A DNA stretch of 64,000 nt from Octopus vulgaris (GCA_951406725.2 OX597827.1:11470001-11534000); one strand, 5' to 3'. Counted from the stretch's first letter, positions 13,186 through 26,820 are shown. Notes: generated by a model not told the origin, from the letters alone. Translations and numbers: made by a program.

Positions 13186-14530
13186 GCCAAAAATTTGAAA
13201 TCAATATTTATATGGAAATAAGGCAGAAAGCTGGCTGAGTCATTAGCAAGCTGGGCAAAATGCTGAGCAGTATTTCATCAGTCTTTATGTTCTGAGTTCA
13301 AATTCCCCTAAGTTAAACTTTGCCTTTCATACTCCTTTTGGAGTCAATAAAATAAGTACCAGTTGAACACTGGGGTTGATATAATTGACTTAACTCCTCC
13401 ACTGAAATTACTGGCCTTGTGTCAAAATTTGAAACCAAAATTTATAGGGAAATAAAAGGCCATTCATGAAGGAGAACTTGTTAATAAAATTAATATTGCT
13501 TTGAGAATGAAAATGAATAGGTTGAAGAGTATATGTAAACTATAAGGAAATTAGATTTACTATTCATTTTTGTGGCTTATCTTTTATCTTTTACTAATTT
13601 CTGTCATTAGACTACAGCTATGCTGGGACACACTACCTTGAAAACTTTTAGTTGAACAAATTAACTCCAGTATTTATCTATTTTTTAAGCCATTATACAC
13701 CACATCTGCTCACAAAATTGTGATTCGCTTGAGACTATAAGACACTTGTCATGGGTGCCATACAGTAGGATTGAACCCTGGACCATGTGATTGGAAAGCA
13801 AACTTCTTACTACAAAGCCACACCTATACCATAAATGATGGACCAACAAGAAATATCTTGTTGGTATGTCTAGGTCACCAAAGACAGTGAAGAAAACTCT
13901 TCAATGTAATAACTACCATGCAAGCCGACTCTGCAAGCAGTTCTCAAGAACTGAGATATAATGGCTATATGTTGCTTACCAATATAGTACTCGACTATTC
14001 TTTTTTGGCCGGCTACGGTCGGGTTAGTAACAAAAGTGTTAAATTGTGAAAACAAAACTCAGGAGTTAACTGTCAAAAGTAAAGGCTAAATGTTCATAAT
14101 GATTGCTTTAAAAGATGAATTACCATAATACATCTCAGTAACGAGTGAACGTATGTTTGATCCTTCCATCTTTCAATCTGTTTAGTTTGCATGCTGGTGC
14201 TATACATGCAGAATATTTCAATGTTTTCTTTGCTACGCTTTCATCTGAACACTTTTCAATGAATTCGTTACGAATAAATTCAAATGCTATGGAAAAAAAG
14301 AAACCGAAGAAGATCAAACAATAGAAACTTTTGTTATTTTGTTTTGTTTTTTGACTTCAGCCACAAAGGGATTGATGAAGCCTTTTTTTTGCATATTCAG
14401 AAAATGATTGAGATTTTCGTGTCGCTATATTCAAATTTTTGATACAGTAGAAAAGTTGTTTCAAATCTAAATATATCACACGTCTGCTATTGGGAAATGA
14501 AATTTGTAAAGAAAGTAAAAATAAACTAAA

Positions 14531-14941
14531 CAGGAGTGGCTGTGTGGTAAGTAGCTTGCTAACCAACCACATGGTTGCAGGTTCAGTCCCACTGCGTGGC
14601 ATCTTGGGCAAGTGTCTTCTGCTATAGCCCCGGGCCGACCAATGCCTTGTGAGTGGATTTGGTAGACGGAAACTGAAAGAAGCCTGTCGTATATATGTAT
14701 ATATATATATGTATGTGTGTGTTTGTGTGTCTGTGTTTGTCCCCCTAGCATTGCTTGACAACCGATGCTGGTGTGTTTATGTCCCCGTCACTTAGCGGTT
14801 CGGCAAAAGAGACCGATAGAATAAGTACTGGGCTCACAAAGTATAAGTCCTGTGGTCGATTTGATCGACTAAAGGCGGTGCTCCAGCATGGCCGCAGTCA
14901 AAATGACTGAAACAAGTAAAAGAGTAAAGAGTAAGAGTAAA
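14531..14941 (+). mobile_element. SINE family A
   Basis: Near-identity to other family A copies. Confidence 0.92.
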
Positions 14942-15078
14942 CAGAAACAATGGACTTTTGATGCATTTATAAAGCAAAAAAAAAAACTCAGACTCCTTCA
15001 AATTCAATGTATCAAATAGCAGAAGGTAAGATACCTCAAGTGATGAACCCAAAAACAAGTATCAAAAACATTTTGAAT

Positions 15079-15483
15079 ACTCTTTTACTCTTTTACTTGT
15101 TTCAGTCATTTGACTGCGGCCATGCTGGAGCACTGCCTTTAGTTGAGCAACTTGACCCTGGGACTTATTCTTTTTTGTAAGCCCAGTACTTATTCTATCG
15201 GTCTCTTTTGCCGAACCGCTAAGTGACGGGGACGTAAACACACCAGCATCGGTTGTCAAGCAATGCTAGGGGGACAAACACAGACACACAAACACACACA
15301 CACATACGTATATATATATATATATACATATATACGACAGGCTTCTTTCAGTTTCTACCAAATCCACTCACAAGGCATTGGTCGGCCCGAGGCTATAGCA
15401 GAAGACACTTGCCCAAGATGCCACGCAGTGGGACTGAACCCGGAACCATGTGGTTGGTAAGCAAGCTACTTACCACACAGCCA
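15079..15483 (-). mobile_element. SINE family A
   Basis: Near-identity; inverted relative to 14531-14941. Confidence 0.92.
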
Positions 15484-15598
15484 CGATGAAATATTTGATT
15501 GTTTATTATTTCTAAATGATTTATTTAATTGAATCATCGGTCATGTCTAAATTAACACTGTATCTGTTTTGTTCTGTGCTTAAAAATTATTTGAAATT

Positions 15599-15645
<47 letters not shown>

Positions 15646-16541
15646 ATATAAGTTTATGTATATATGTATATATACGTATATGTATATATATATGTATGTA
15701 TGTGTTTGTGTGTCTGTGTTTGTCCCCACCACTATCGCTTAACAACTGATGCTGGTGTTGTTACATCCCTGTAACTTAGCAGTTCGGCAAAACAAACTGA
15801 TAAAATAAGTACTAGGCTTACAAAGAATAAGTCCTGAGATCGATTTGTTCAACTAAAGGCAGTGCTCCAGCTTGGTTACAGTCAAATGACTGAAACAAAT
15901 AAAAGAACAGAAAGAAAATACAGAGGTCAATTTAATTGACTATACATATCCTCCAGAATTTTCCAGAACTCATGTGTGTATCACAAATAAATGTTTGATA
16001 AACATGAATCATGTTAGAACAAGCTACCATATCCCAAGTCTATAATTAAAAACGAAGAGATGTAGCCAATATGTTCCTGTAAATTAACTTTGACTTATAA
16101 ATAATTCCCTTGGTAGGCCATTATTATCAGCCAATGTTGTTGATGGTTAAGAAGTATTATTTTAAAGAGAAACGTTTTTGTTTTTTATCTCTTTCATCTT
16201 AATTTTGTAAACTTATAAAATGCTTCATATAATTTTGGGCCTCAGAGATCATGGGGTTACAATATTTCTGTCATTCTTAAGTATTTTGGCAATAATAAAA
16301 CTTGGTTGTAATATCTGTAGCTTTTGGACTAATGACATCCTCATTTTTGTTGTAGATGAATTGATAACATAGTTTATGTTTAACATATATTGTGAATCAG
16401 GGGCTCATCAGAATGCACATAGAACTGCTTTCCTTTTTGCTCATTAGTCTAGGGACCCCAGTAAAGGTTCATGGTTGGTGTGTTTCCTCATCTGAATAAC
16501 ACATTAAAACACACACCTCATAATACATATTCCTGAATACA

Positions 16542-16619
<78 letters not shown>

Positions 16620-16973
16620 TGTATGTATGTATGTATGCATGTATGTATGTATGTATATAGATATGCAAGGTTTAGTAGAACAACTACAAATACATACATG
16701 TGTGTATGTATGCATGTGTGTATGTATGTATGTATGCATGCATGCATGTATATATACATACATATCTATATATATATATATATATATATATTGGATGAGA
16801 AAACGGTATGGACGATTTTTTGGAGTCCAATAATACCCTGTATGCCTATTTGATTATGAAGATTTACAAACATACTTTCCCAGTGATACTCGGTTTACCA
16901 TTAAAAATAATACCAAATGTTCTTTCTCAAACCTTTCATAAGGTGATACAAGTCCTTGGTGTAGCAATTGCAT

Positions 16974-17066
16974 GCGGCTGAAGAGGGTTTTTAAACTATC
17001 TGTTATGTCGATTATGCATTGATGTAAGAATAAGTTGTTTTATAAAGCTCGAAACATGTGTACCAC
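16974..17066 (+). ncRNA. Hammerhead ribozyme-like motif with a long stem II insertion
   Basis: gcgg CTGAAGA g(...)c GAAAC atgt GTA ccac, inside a (TA)n-flanked element at about 16791-17108. Confidence 0.55.
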
Positions 17067-17109
17067 GACATCCTTTGTGTCCTGTTTTACATTTTATTTC
17101 ATTTGATAC

Positions 17110-17140
<31 letters not shown>

Positions 17141-17164
17141 AATATATATGTATATATATACATA

Positions 17165-17229
<65 letters not shown>

Positions 17230-17341
17230 ATATACATATATATATACATATATATGTATATATACATGCATGTATATATATACAAAATGGCAGATCATTA
17301 GTAAGGAGAGACACACAAAAAAGAAAGAAGAAAGCAAAGGA

Positions 17342-17381
17342 CCACTGATGAGGTGACAGAAGTGTGACGAAAGAACTCTGG
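17342..17381 (+). ncRNA. Minimal type I hammerhead ribozyme motif with canonical core
   Basis: cca CTGATGA g gtgaca-gaag-tgtgac GAAA g-aa-c TC tgg; one mismatch in stem II. Confidence 0.65.
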
Positions 17382-17387
17382 CCGAAA

Positions 17388-17615
17388 TACTCTCTCTTTT
17401 CTCTTTTACTTGTTTCAGTCATTTGCCTGTGGCCATGCTGGAGCACCACCTTTAGTTGAGCAAATCGCCCCCAGGACTTATTCTTTGTAAGCCTAGTACT
17501 TATTCCATCGGTCTCTTTTGCTGAATCACTATGTTACAGGGACGTAAGCACACCAGCATTGATTGTCAAGCGCTATTGGGGGGACAAACACAAACACACA
17601 AACATATACACACAC

Positions 17616-17656
<41 letters not shown>

Positions 17657-17765
17657 GTTTCTTTCAGTTTCCATCTGCCAAATCTACTCACAAGGTGCCA
17701 CACAGTGGGACTGAACCCAGAACCATGTTGGTCATAAGCAAGCTACTTACCACATAGCCACTCCT
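17388..17765 (-). mobile_element. SINE family A with internal deletion
   Basis: Similarity to other family A copies. Confidence 0.88.
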
Positions 17766-18080
17766 ATGCGTACAATCAATATAAAATAAAACAGAAGGAA
17801 GTGAACGCCAAATATATAGTGTGTGTGTTTTTATTGGCTTAACTGGCAACAAGACCATCCCCAAATACAATAATATCTGTTTCAACACACGCATACACAT
17901 CAAGAATCTTGCAAAATGAATATTTAAATGTCTATATATACACATATATGTATATATATATATTTATGTATTTATACTTAAATTTACTTATGTATATACA
18001 TTAATATATATATATACATATATACATATACGCATGCACACACACACACATATGTATGAATATATATATATGTTTATATA

Positions 18081-18404
18081 ATAAAATATTATTAGAGACA
18101 AAACCACTATTTTGCAAAACAAACAAGGAAAGACTTAATCAATACATAAAATTTTAATAAATAGTCAAAAAAACCGCCACTACAATCGTTTCTTGTCTTG
18201 ATCGACAATCTTCAGGTGGACTTCAATAAGTCAGTTTCAAATTATTGAAACTGACTTATTGAAGTCCACCTGAAGATTGTCGATCAAGACAAGAAACGAT
18301 TGTAGTGGCGGTTTTTTTGACTATTTATTAAAATTTTATGTATTGATTAAGTCTTTCCTTGTTTGTTTTGCAAAATAGTGGTTTTGTCTCTAATAATATT
18401 TTAT
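18081..18404. repeat. Perfect palindrome (160-bp arms, 4-nt loop), Penelope-like inverted terminal repeat
   Basis: 18081-18240 is the reverse complement of 18245-18404. Confidence 0.95.
18266..18308 (+). ncRNA. Minimal type I hammerhead ribozyme (mirror copy on minus strand at 18177-18219)
   Basis: ccac CTGAAGA ttgtc-gatcaa-gacaa GAAAC gatt GTA gtgg; all core nucleotides and three stems present. Confidence 0.8.
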
Positions 18405-19557
18405 AATATTTTACTATAAAATTGGATTTAATCTTAAATCTGATTTTTTTTCCCTGTAAATTTGGATTTATTCCCTAATATTTATTATTATATGTTTATA
18501 TATATATATGTGTGTGCGTGTGTGTGTTTGTGTGTGTGTGTGTGTATGAATATGTTTGCAGTACTTGATGTAGCACAGACAATAATATTTTTTCTCAAAT
18601 TGTTCTACTTTTAAGACAGTGTATTTGATCTGAATGAGATTTGGTTGTTATTTCTAGTTAAGTGTGTGACAATGTAAGGGTTCCCTTATTAGCTCATATA
18701 GAGGGTCGTATATATATCAGAGATATTTCGAAAATTGGTTATCAAGGAATGGAACAAAGAATTGTCAAACCCAGAGATCCCTATCCTAGACTTGACATTT
18801 GCATCCACATATGACCATTTAGGGAATTCCAGCTAATTAGTTTTGGGTGTATCCCAAAGGAAGGCATCTTCTCTCTAAAGTCTGTCGAAACATTCCATAA
18901 CAGCATTTGTTTCATCATGATTGAATTGCAATGGAGATGGTTATTGCATCACACAGAGGTGAAAAGGTCACTGATAGGCTGAACTTTAGAAAACATAAAT
19001 AGTTAGTCACTTAGGGGATTGAAATTGATTCCTACTAAACAGAAGAGTTTCATTTTATAACATTTATCGTTGACTCGGATTTTAATTATATCATCTATTA
19101 TATAAAATCTGTTCTAACTGTCTGTGTGTGTGTGTCTTCTAGGATCTTGGGCATCCTCCATCTGATTGCGCTCAAATTTGATATGTAGATACTGACAGTA
19201 TCAGGGCTTGTATAAGTCTTGAAAAAATTACAAAAATTGATTCCACACATGGATGTGCACACACATGCATGCAAGCATGCACACACACATATACGATGGG
19301 CTTCTTTTAGTTTTCATCTATCAAATCAATTCACAAGGCTTTGGTCAGCCTGAGGCTATAGTAGAAGACACTTGCCCAAGGTGTCACACAGTCAAACTGA
19401 ACCTGAAACCATATGGCTGAGAAGCAAGTTGCCTACCACACAGCCAATATAATGAACATTTTTGTCATCAGAAGATTTCTACAGAAAAACCATTTGCTAA
19501 AGTAGATACTTCCTGGTAATCTGAACACAGAGCAATCCCAAAGCAATTTCACAGGAA

Positions 19558-19952
19558 TCTTTATATATAAAAGTAAGGTTGTGTGTATGTTTCCTACAAT
19601 TTAGATTCCTAACTACTCCCACATTTTGCGGTGCAGTTTAACCAAAACCGGGTATCTTATAGTCGTGATTCATATCGAGCCCTTCTGGGTATTAGCGCGT
19701 GTCTACATGCGTCTACGATTTAAAAAAATTTACCATCATTTTTTTCCATTCTAATGCATTTTTCCGCTATTATATAAGGGAAGTAACTCTCTAAAAATGT
19801 CTACGATGAGTCAACGATTAAAAAAAAAATTTACCATCATTTTTTTTCCATTTTTAATGCATTTTTTTGCTATTTTTTGGCTATAACTCTCTAAAAATGC
19901 TTATATAGTTATTTCCCTTACAAACCCGAGCAACGCCGGGCGTTACTGCTAG
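19558..19952 (+). mobile_element. Non-autonomous Helitron
   Basis: A^TCTTTATATA...cccgagcaacgccggg...CTAG^T, no TSD. Confidence 0.85.
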
Positions 19953-20214
19953 TTTGGATATAAAAAGATAAGACACTGGATCTTTTTTATTTATGCTCTT
20001 CTTGAAATTTTCTGTGATCCCTGATTTTATTGAGCCCTAATTTAGCATAATCCTTCTTTTGTCCTGGTGGTATTTTTTGAGACCCTCAACCATAATACTA
20101 TATAGGGTTGCACCCATTTAAATCAATAATCTTTTATCTATTTACCTTCTATCTAGTTTCAGTCATGGGGCTTCCACTATTCTGGGGCACTGCCTGATGG
20201 GTTTATTTGAACTC

Positions 20215-20950
20215 CTTGGGAATGCTGGGGTTGGAGCAGTCAGTGGAATGGTGGGCAAGGGTTGTGGAGGTGCAATGGCCCAGTGGTTAGGGCAGCGGAC
20301 TCACGGTCATAGCATCGCGTTTCGATTCCCAGACCGGGCGTTGTGAGTGTTTATTGAGCGAAAACAACTAAAGCTCCACGAGGATCCGGCAGGGGATGGT
20401 GGTGATCCCTTCTGTACTCTTTCACCACAACTTTCTCTCACTCTTACTTCCTGTTTCTGTTGTACCTGTATTTCAAAGGACTGGCCTTGTCACTCTCTGT
20501 GTCACGCTGAATATCCCCGAGAACTACGTTAAGCGTACACGTGTCTGTGAAGTGCTCAGCGACTAACACGTTAATTTCATGAGCAGGCTGTTCCGTTGAT
20601 TCGGATCAACTGAAACCCTTGTCGTCGTAACCGACGGAGTGCTTCCACGGTGGGCAAGGGCTAATGAAGTGAGGTGGTATGGGCATGTGTTGAGGAGGGA
20701 TCATGAGTATGTTCTGAGGAGGGTGATTGCATTTGTGGTAAATGGAGCATGAAAGTGAGGTAGACCAAGGAAAAGGTGAAGGGGACGGGTGGAAGAGGAG
20801 ATTGGGAAGGTTCGTTTGAAAAAGGAGGACGCCCAAAACTGGGCAAGATGGCAAGATGGTGTGAGGGCTGTTCCTATGGCATTGAGGTAGATCCAGCCAC
20901 CCCTATTAACAGGGACAAAACCAAGATTTAAAACACTGGATAATGATGAT
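20215..20950 (+). mobile_element. Degraded RTE-clade LINE 3' fragment interrupted by a SINE
   Basis: Translates to RWYGHVLRRD...GRPRKR, typical of the RTE ORF C-terminus; ends in a taatgatgat tail. Confidence 0.65.
20265..20647 (+). mobile_element. tRNA-derived SINE family C1
   Basis: TGGCCCAGTGG and GTTTCGATTCC boxes; 12-bp TSD ggtgggcaaggg at 20250-20261 and 20649-20660. Confidence 0.9.
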
Positions 20951-21431
20951 TGGCCCTGTTTAAGTGTAATTATTCAATCAGTCTTTTTGTTGAACCCTAA
21001 TTTACAAATAGGTACACAAACCAATACCAATTGGTAAGTAATGAAGTAATGGAGTGGGGAGAAGCACAAAAACAGTCACACACACACACACACAGATAAT
21101 TCATTTTTAACAGTTGATTTTGAAGTAGATAAAATAAAAACATGTAGATATTGGGTTAAAACACCTTTAGATGGAAAAAGTTAAAGGCTGTCCATAAACT
21201 CAATCTATCTATCTATCTATCTATCTACCTACCTGCCTGCCTGCCTGCCTGTCTGTCTGTCTACCTATCTATCTGTGTGTATGTATATATATGTATATCT
21301 ATATGTATGTGTATATATATCTATATCTATACACACACACACATATATACGTATACATATATAAATATATGTATGTGTGTATATATATGTGTGCGTATAT
21401 ATATGTATATATATATATGTGCATATATATC

Positions 21432-21738
21432 ACATGATCATGTGACCGACCAGGCTATCAGATGTTGTTACACATCGCTGGTCACAATGTGTTTCGCATT
21501 GTTTTAGCCTTCAAATGACGCCACTCCTCTGGCTAAGCGAGCAGGCAAACAGAAGAAAGAGTTAGAGAAAGTTGTGGCAAAAGAGTACAGCAGGGATCGC
21601 CACCATCCCCTGCTGGAGCCTCATGGAGCTTTAGGTGTTTTGGCTCAATAAACACTCACAACGCCCAGTCTGGGAATCAAAACCGCGATCCTACGACCGC
21701 GAGTCCGCTGCCCTAACCACTGGGCCATTGCGTCTCCA
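21432..21738 (-). mobile_element. SINE family C2 (same head as C1, different tail)
   Basis: Matches 50907-51193. Confidence 0.85.
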
Positions 21739-21764
21739 TGTGTGCATATATATATATGTATATA

Positions 21765-21945
21765 TTTCACAAAAAGAAACAAAAGATGAAGACAGGTGGT
21801 GTAGATAACAAACAGATGTATTAGTATAACGCTCGGGAAGTGAAAAAGTCTTTAACATTTCGAGCCTACGCTCTTCCACAGAAAGGAACACAGAAAGAAA
21901 CAAGGAGGGAAAATAAAAGATGTGTAGTAGCTAGCGATCTATCAT
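21765..21945 (-). mobile_element. (TA)n-flanked element with a degenerate hammerhead-like motif (21850-21885)
   Basis: Minus strand: cttt CTGTGGA a gagc-gtag-gctc GAAAT GTT aaag; homologous to 47515-47840. Confidence 0.65.
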
Positions 21946-21982
21946 GAGTGTGTACGTATGCATATACATATATGTATTTATG

Positions 21983-22013
<31 letters not shown>

Positions 22014-22197
22014 ATATAGATATAGATATATATACACATACATATAGATATACATATATATACATATATATAGATAGATAGATAGATAGATAGATATATA
22101 TATATATATACATATATATATAGATATACATATATATGTATATGTATATATGTATATAGATATACATATATATACATATATATATATATAGATAGAT

Positions 22198-22246
<49 letters not shown>

Positions 22247-22770
22247 TATATGCATATACATACATACAAATGTTCGTACCTACGTACGTACATACATACA
22301 TACATACATATATACATACATACATACATACAAGCTTTGATAGTTTCTGGGACCATAGTAGACGACACTTGCTCAAGGTGTTATGTAGTGGAATACAGCT
22401 ATGCCTTTAATTATTGAATTACTTAAAGTTTAATTATTAAATTAATTGAAAATTAATTATTTCAATTCATTACTCTGTTAATTAATAACATATTATTGAA
22501 TTAATTGTTTTCTATGTTATTCAATAAATTTAGTATGGAGGACTTTTGTCATAGTCTACGCATGCTTTTTTTAATAATTATGCTTGTTGAGAGAGCAGCA
22601 GATGGTATGAATCAGTAGAGCAACAAATAAAGTGCCTGGTGCTATTTAGTTGCATATTTCTATTCTCTGAGTTCAAATCCAATTCAGTTCAACCGTGCTT
22701 TCACCCTTCCTGGGTCAATGAAATATATAACCAGGCATGTACTAAGATCTTATCTCCTATAATTATCTCC

Positions 22771-23200
22771 GGATCTTTTCGGTTTGACCGGCAGTTTTTT
22801 CTAGAAGTGTCATATGAAACTGTCACCCATAATTATGAACCTAGTATTGATCTATTGCACTTCAATCTGTTTTAGGGTTAGGGTTAGAGTTAGGGTTAGT
22901 TAGGGGTGGGGGAAGGGTATTTTTGTTCTTCAAAAATGTAAATAAACCCAATCTGTTTCTTAAACGAGGGACATATTCATACGGCACAGAATGTTTTCAC
23001 CTCAATAGACGTCATTGATTGGTTGAAATTGCCGAAATTGAAGAAAAAAACAACAAATATCTTACAAACTATAGAATTTTCTCAATAAAGCCAAGAGAAA
23101 AAGATGTTTTATAAACACATTCTACCAGTATACGAAGTTTAAAATTTTTTAGTTACGTGGAAATTATTTTAAAAAACAGCCGGTCAAACCGAAATGATCC
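22771..23200. mobile_element. Merlin-like MITE (GG...CC termini, 8-bp TSD) with internal TTAGGG-like repeats
   Basis: About 30-bp TIR ggatcttttcggtttgaccggc / gccggtcaaaccgaaatgatcc; TSD ttatctcc at 22763-22770 and 23201-23208. Confidence 0.8.
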
Positions 23201-23410
23201 TTATCTCCTACATTTGAGGTCTGGTTCCTATATAAGTAATCAATGTTTAGCTGAATATTTCCATCAACAGGAAGAGGCTATTTTGATGTGACCTGCCGTA
23301 AATAGCAGCCAAATCTCTTTCTAATCACACCTAATTTTCTCAGAAAACAGAAGAACAGTTTGTATGATACTGTCTTTGGCTATATAAAACGATGGTATGG
23401 TCATAGATAG

Positions 23411-23637
23411 GCAAGATTGCAGAAACGTTAACCTGCCGGACGAAATGCTTTGTGGTATTTCGTCTGCTGCTATGTTCTGAGTTCAAATTCCGCCGAGGTC
23501 GACTTTGCCGTTCATTCTTTTGGGGTCGATTAAATAAGTACCAGTTACGCACTGGGGTCGATGTAATTGAGTTAATCCGTTTGTCTGTCCTTGTTTGTCC
23601 CCTCTGTGTTTAGCCCCTTGTGGGTAGTAAAGAAAAA
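23411..23637 (+). mobile_element. SINE family B monomer
   Basis: 17-bp TSD ggtatggtcatagatag; matches the unit of 7495-8096. Confidence 0.88.
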
Positions 23638-25740
23638 GGTATGGTCATAGATAGAATGTCTTTAACCATGAGTCTGTTCATCTGGGGGGCTAACTCAGGG
23701 CTAAACATCAACAAAAACAAAATATTAAGTAACGTTTGTGTTAGGTCATAAAATGTCATTCCACTTCATATTTGTTACCTGTCACACACACACACGCAAA
23801 TATACACACAGCACAAAGTTACCTCCCTTACTAAATGCTACACAACTACTCGGGTTTTATTTTCCAATATAAAATTTTCAATATAAATTTTCCAATTCAC
23901 AAACTACACATGTTTAATTCTTACATCTCTCCATAAAACACTACGTGTTTTTTATTTATTTATTTAGAAATGCATTCATCATTCGCATCTTATCTTTCTG
24001 CTACATCTCATCCACCCATCTCAAAGACCAGGAAAGAAGGAAACAGTTAAACCAACAATTTTTTTTTTCTTCTTCCGTTTATTACATTCTGTTTTCTCCC
24101 AAGCTCAAAATAAAACACGGAAAATATGTGTAGAAAAGGTTATCTATTCATATTAAAAACTTGATATGAAATAGTGATATTTTCTGTTATTTCATAAATT
24201 CTGGATTTAATAATATTTTTACTTAATAATATATATATAATATTTTTTTCTTAAAGAAACTTAAATATCATATCTACATGTTTTTCTTTTAGTTTTCATT
24301 TTCAATTATATAAAATATTCTTGTGTTCTTTCATTGGTTTTCTTGTTTCAGTCGCTAGACTGTTGCCATGCTGAGTCACCACAATGAAGGACTTGGCCAA
24401 TCAATTCAACACAAGAAACTTATTTTAAGTCTGTTACTTATAGTTTCTGCCTGTCAGATTCTTTTTCTCCGACCGCTAGGTTATAGGGATATAAACAGGG
24501 ATATAAACAAACCAATACTGGTTGTCAAGGGACAAGAGTCAAACACAAAGATGCACATTGTTTTATCTCTCTCTTTCTCTCTCTTTGTTTCTCATTCTTT
24601 CTGTCTTTCATGTCCAGCATGGGATTAACCACTGACCAAAATTAGCACATGCTTAGGGCATCAAGTGAAAAGGGGTACCACAGAAATGGTAGATGGTTCA
24701 CTGCTCACACACTCTCTCCACCAACCTTCTTCCTCCTCTCTTCCTCCCCCCCCCACATTTGCACAAGGAGTTTCCAAAAGTTTTCTGTCAACTAAATTCC
24801 ACAGACTAAAGTATTGCTCAACCTGAAGCTACAGAGCTATAGCAGAAAATATTTGCTTCCTTGCCTCTAAGAGTAGATGAACTTGGAAGTAATGTAGTTG
24901 CAAAGATAATTTCTTCTTACCACACACCTACGGTTAGAGTAATCAATATTTCTGAATACAAATTTACGCGAATTTATGGGTGGCAAATAATATACGCATT
25001 GATTTACTGTCATTTACAAATTGTTTTCTATAGCTTACCAGCACCTATTCTTAAAATGCTTATTTTACTTAAAACAATGTTTAGGTTGAAACACAAGCAA
25101 AACATCAAGTGTCGGATATTTTGCTTAAAGTCAGGTTTTTATATTATCCAATATAAAACAATAAGATTTTTGGATCTTATGTTTAAAGGAACTTTGATGA
25201 TTTAATTTTTAATGATAGATTCGTCAGATTTCTTTAAGAAAGATAAATTAATATTTTTAATTTAGAACCTCCAATCATCAATTGATTTCTGAAATATTTT
25301 CGCTAATTATTGGTGAAATCAATTTTGAAAAATTCTATATGCAATTGAAATATATTATTATATGCTTCTTTGTCAAATAATATTTTGATCTACAGTTTTT
25401 TTGTTGTTTTTTTTAATTTAAGTAGTCTGCTCCATGTGAAAGGAATTATTTGAATAGTTGTAATGTATATATTCTTACAACAAGGAATTTCTGACCAGTG
25501 AATGTTTGTGTTTGTTCGAACATGCATAAACAAACACAGAAAAATACATGCGTATGTATACATGTATGTGCAAATTTATGAATGTATGTATGCGTGTATA
25601 TATGTATGTGCGCATTTATACATGTGTACAAGTGTGACGACTGAATGTGTATATATATGTGTGCGTATATACACATATATACACATATTTGAATGAATGC
25701 ATGCATACATGCATGTTTTAGTCTTATGCACATGTGTGTG

Positions 25741-25797
<57 letters not shown>

Positions 25798-25900
25798 AAA
25801 ATATGAATTAGAGATACAACGACTATTAGGCAACTCATACTGTGAAATTTGATTTAATACTAAATCTAATTTTTCCCTGTAAGTTTGGAGCTATACTCCC

Positions 25901-25960
<60 letters not shown>

Positions 25961-26620
25961 TAAGCTACACACTCACATGCATACATACAAATAAAGTCTA
26001 TATCTACAACAATTTAAATATATATTCATTGCTAAACTATACTAGCATACTCAGAATCACTATGCTACTATACTAATGCATGTGTGTCATAACTACTAAA
26101 ACTACACTGATTCCTGTACACAGCAAACAGGTGTATGCTGGCAAATGAATGTATCTATGCCTGCAATAACCTAAGCGATTGGTCATGCATATTCATACTA
26201 GTATGCATACATTTACTTACAAACACATGCTTCTAATACATTTGCATCCAATCCACATGCTGGCACCATTATATAAGTATATGGGATTTATATATCAGGG
26301 CCAATATACGGCAGAAGAAGAACAAAAATCTAAGACAAAGTAACTAAATCAAATGTGAAATGGCCAGTTATAAGATATAATAGTAATCCATATGAAGTAA
26401 ATAATAAAATGAAATAGATAAAAATAAACAGTAAAAAACATAAAGATATAAAAAATATAAAGAGATTAAAAACAATAAAAAACAATAAATGAAAATACCA
26501 AATAATATATAAAAAAACAAGTTATTAAAAAGCTTAAAGGTAAAAAAAAATGAATAAAAATAAATAAATTTACAAACTAAATTATAATTATAAGAGTTTT
26601 AATTATAAAAACCACAAACA

Positions 26621-26774
26621 GGTGTAGGAGTGGCTGTGTGGAACCACATGGTTCCAGGTTCAGTCCCACTGCGTGGCACCTTGGGCAAGTGTCTTCTACT
26701 ATAGCCTAAGGCCGACCAAAGCCTTGTGAGTGGATTTGGTAGACGGAAACTGAAAGAAGCCCATCGTATATATG

Positions 26775-26820
<46 letters not shown>

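Noticed and set aside
16380-16500. CTGATGA and CAGATGA heptamers on the minus strand
   Set aside because: No matching stem II-GAAA-NUH arrangement
22872-22905. Telomere or chromosome-fusion relic
   Set aside because: The TTAGGG units are internal to a MITE bounded by TIRs and a TSD
24861-25290. 114-aa plus-strand ORF and an antisense frame broken only by TAA
   Set aside because: No recognisable domain; the ORF begins inside a degraded SINE; compatible with chance
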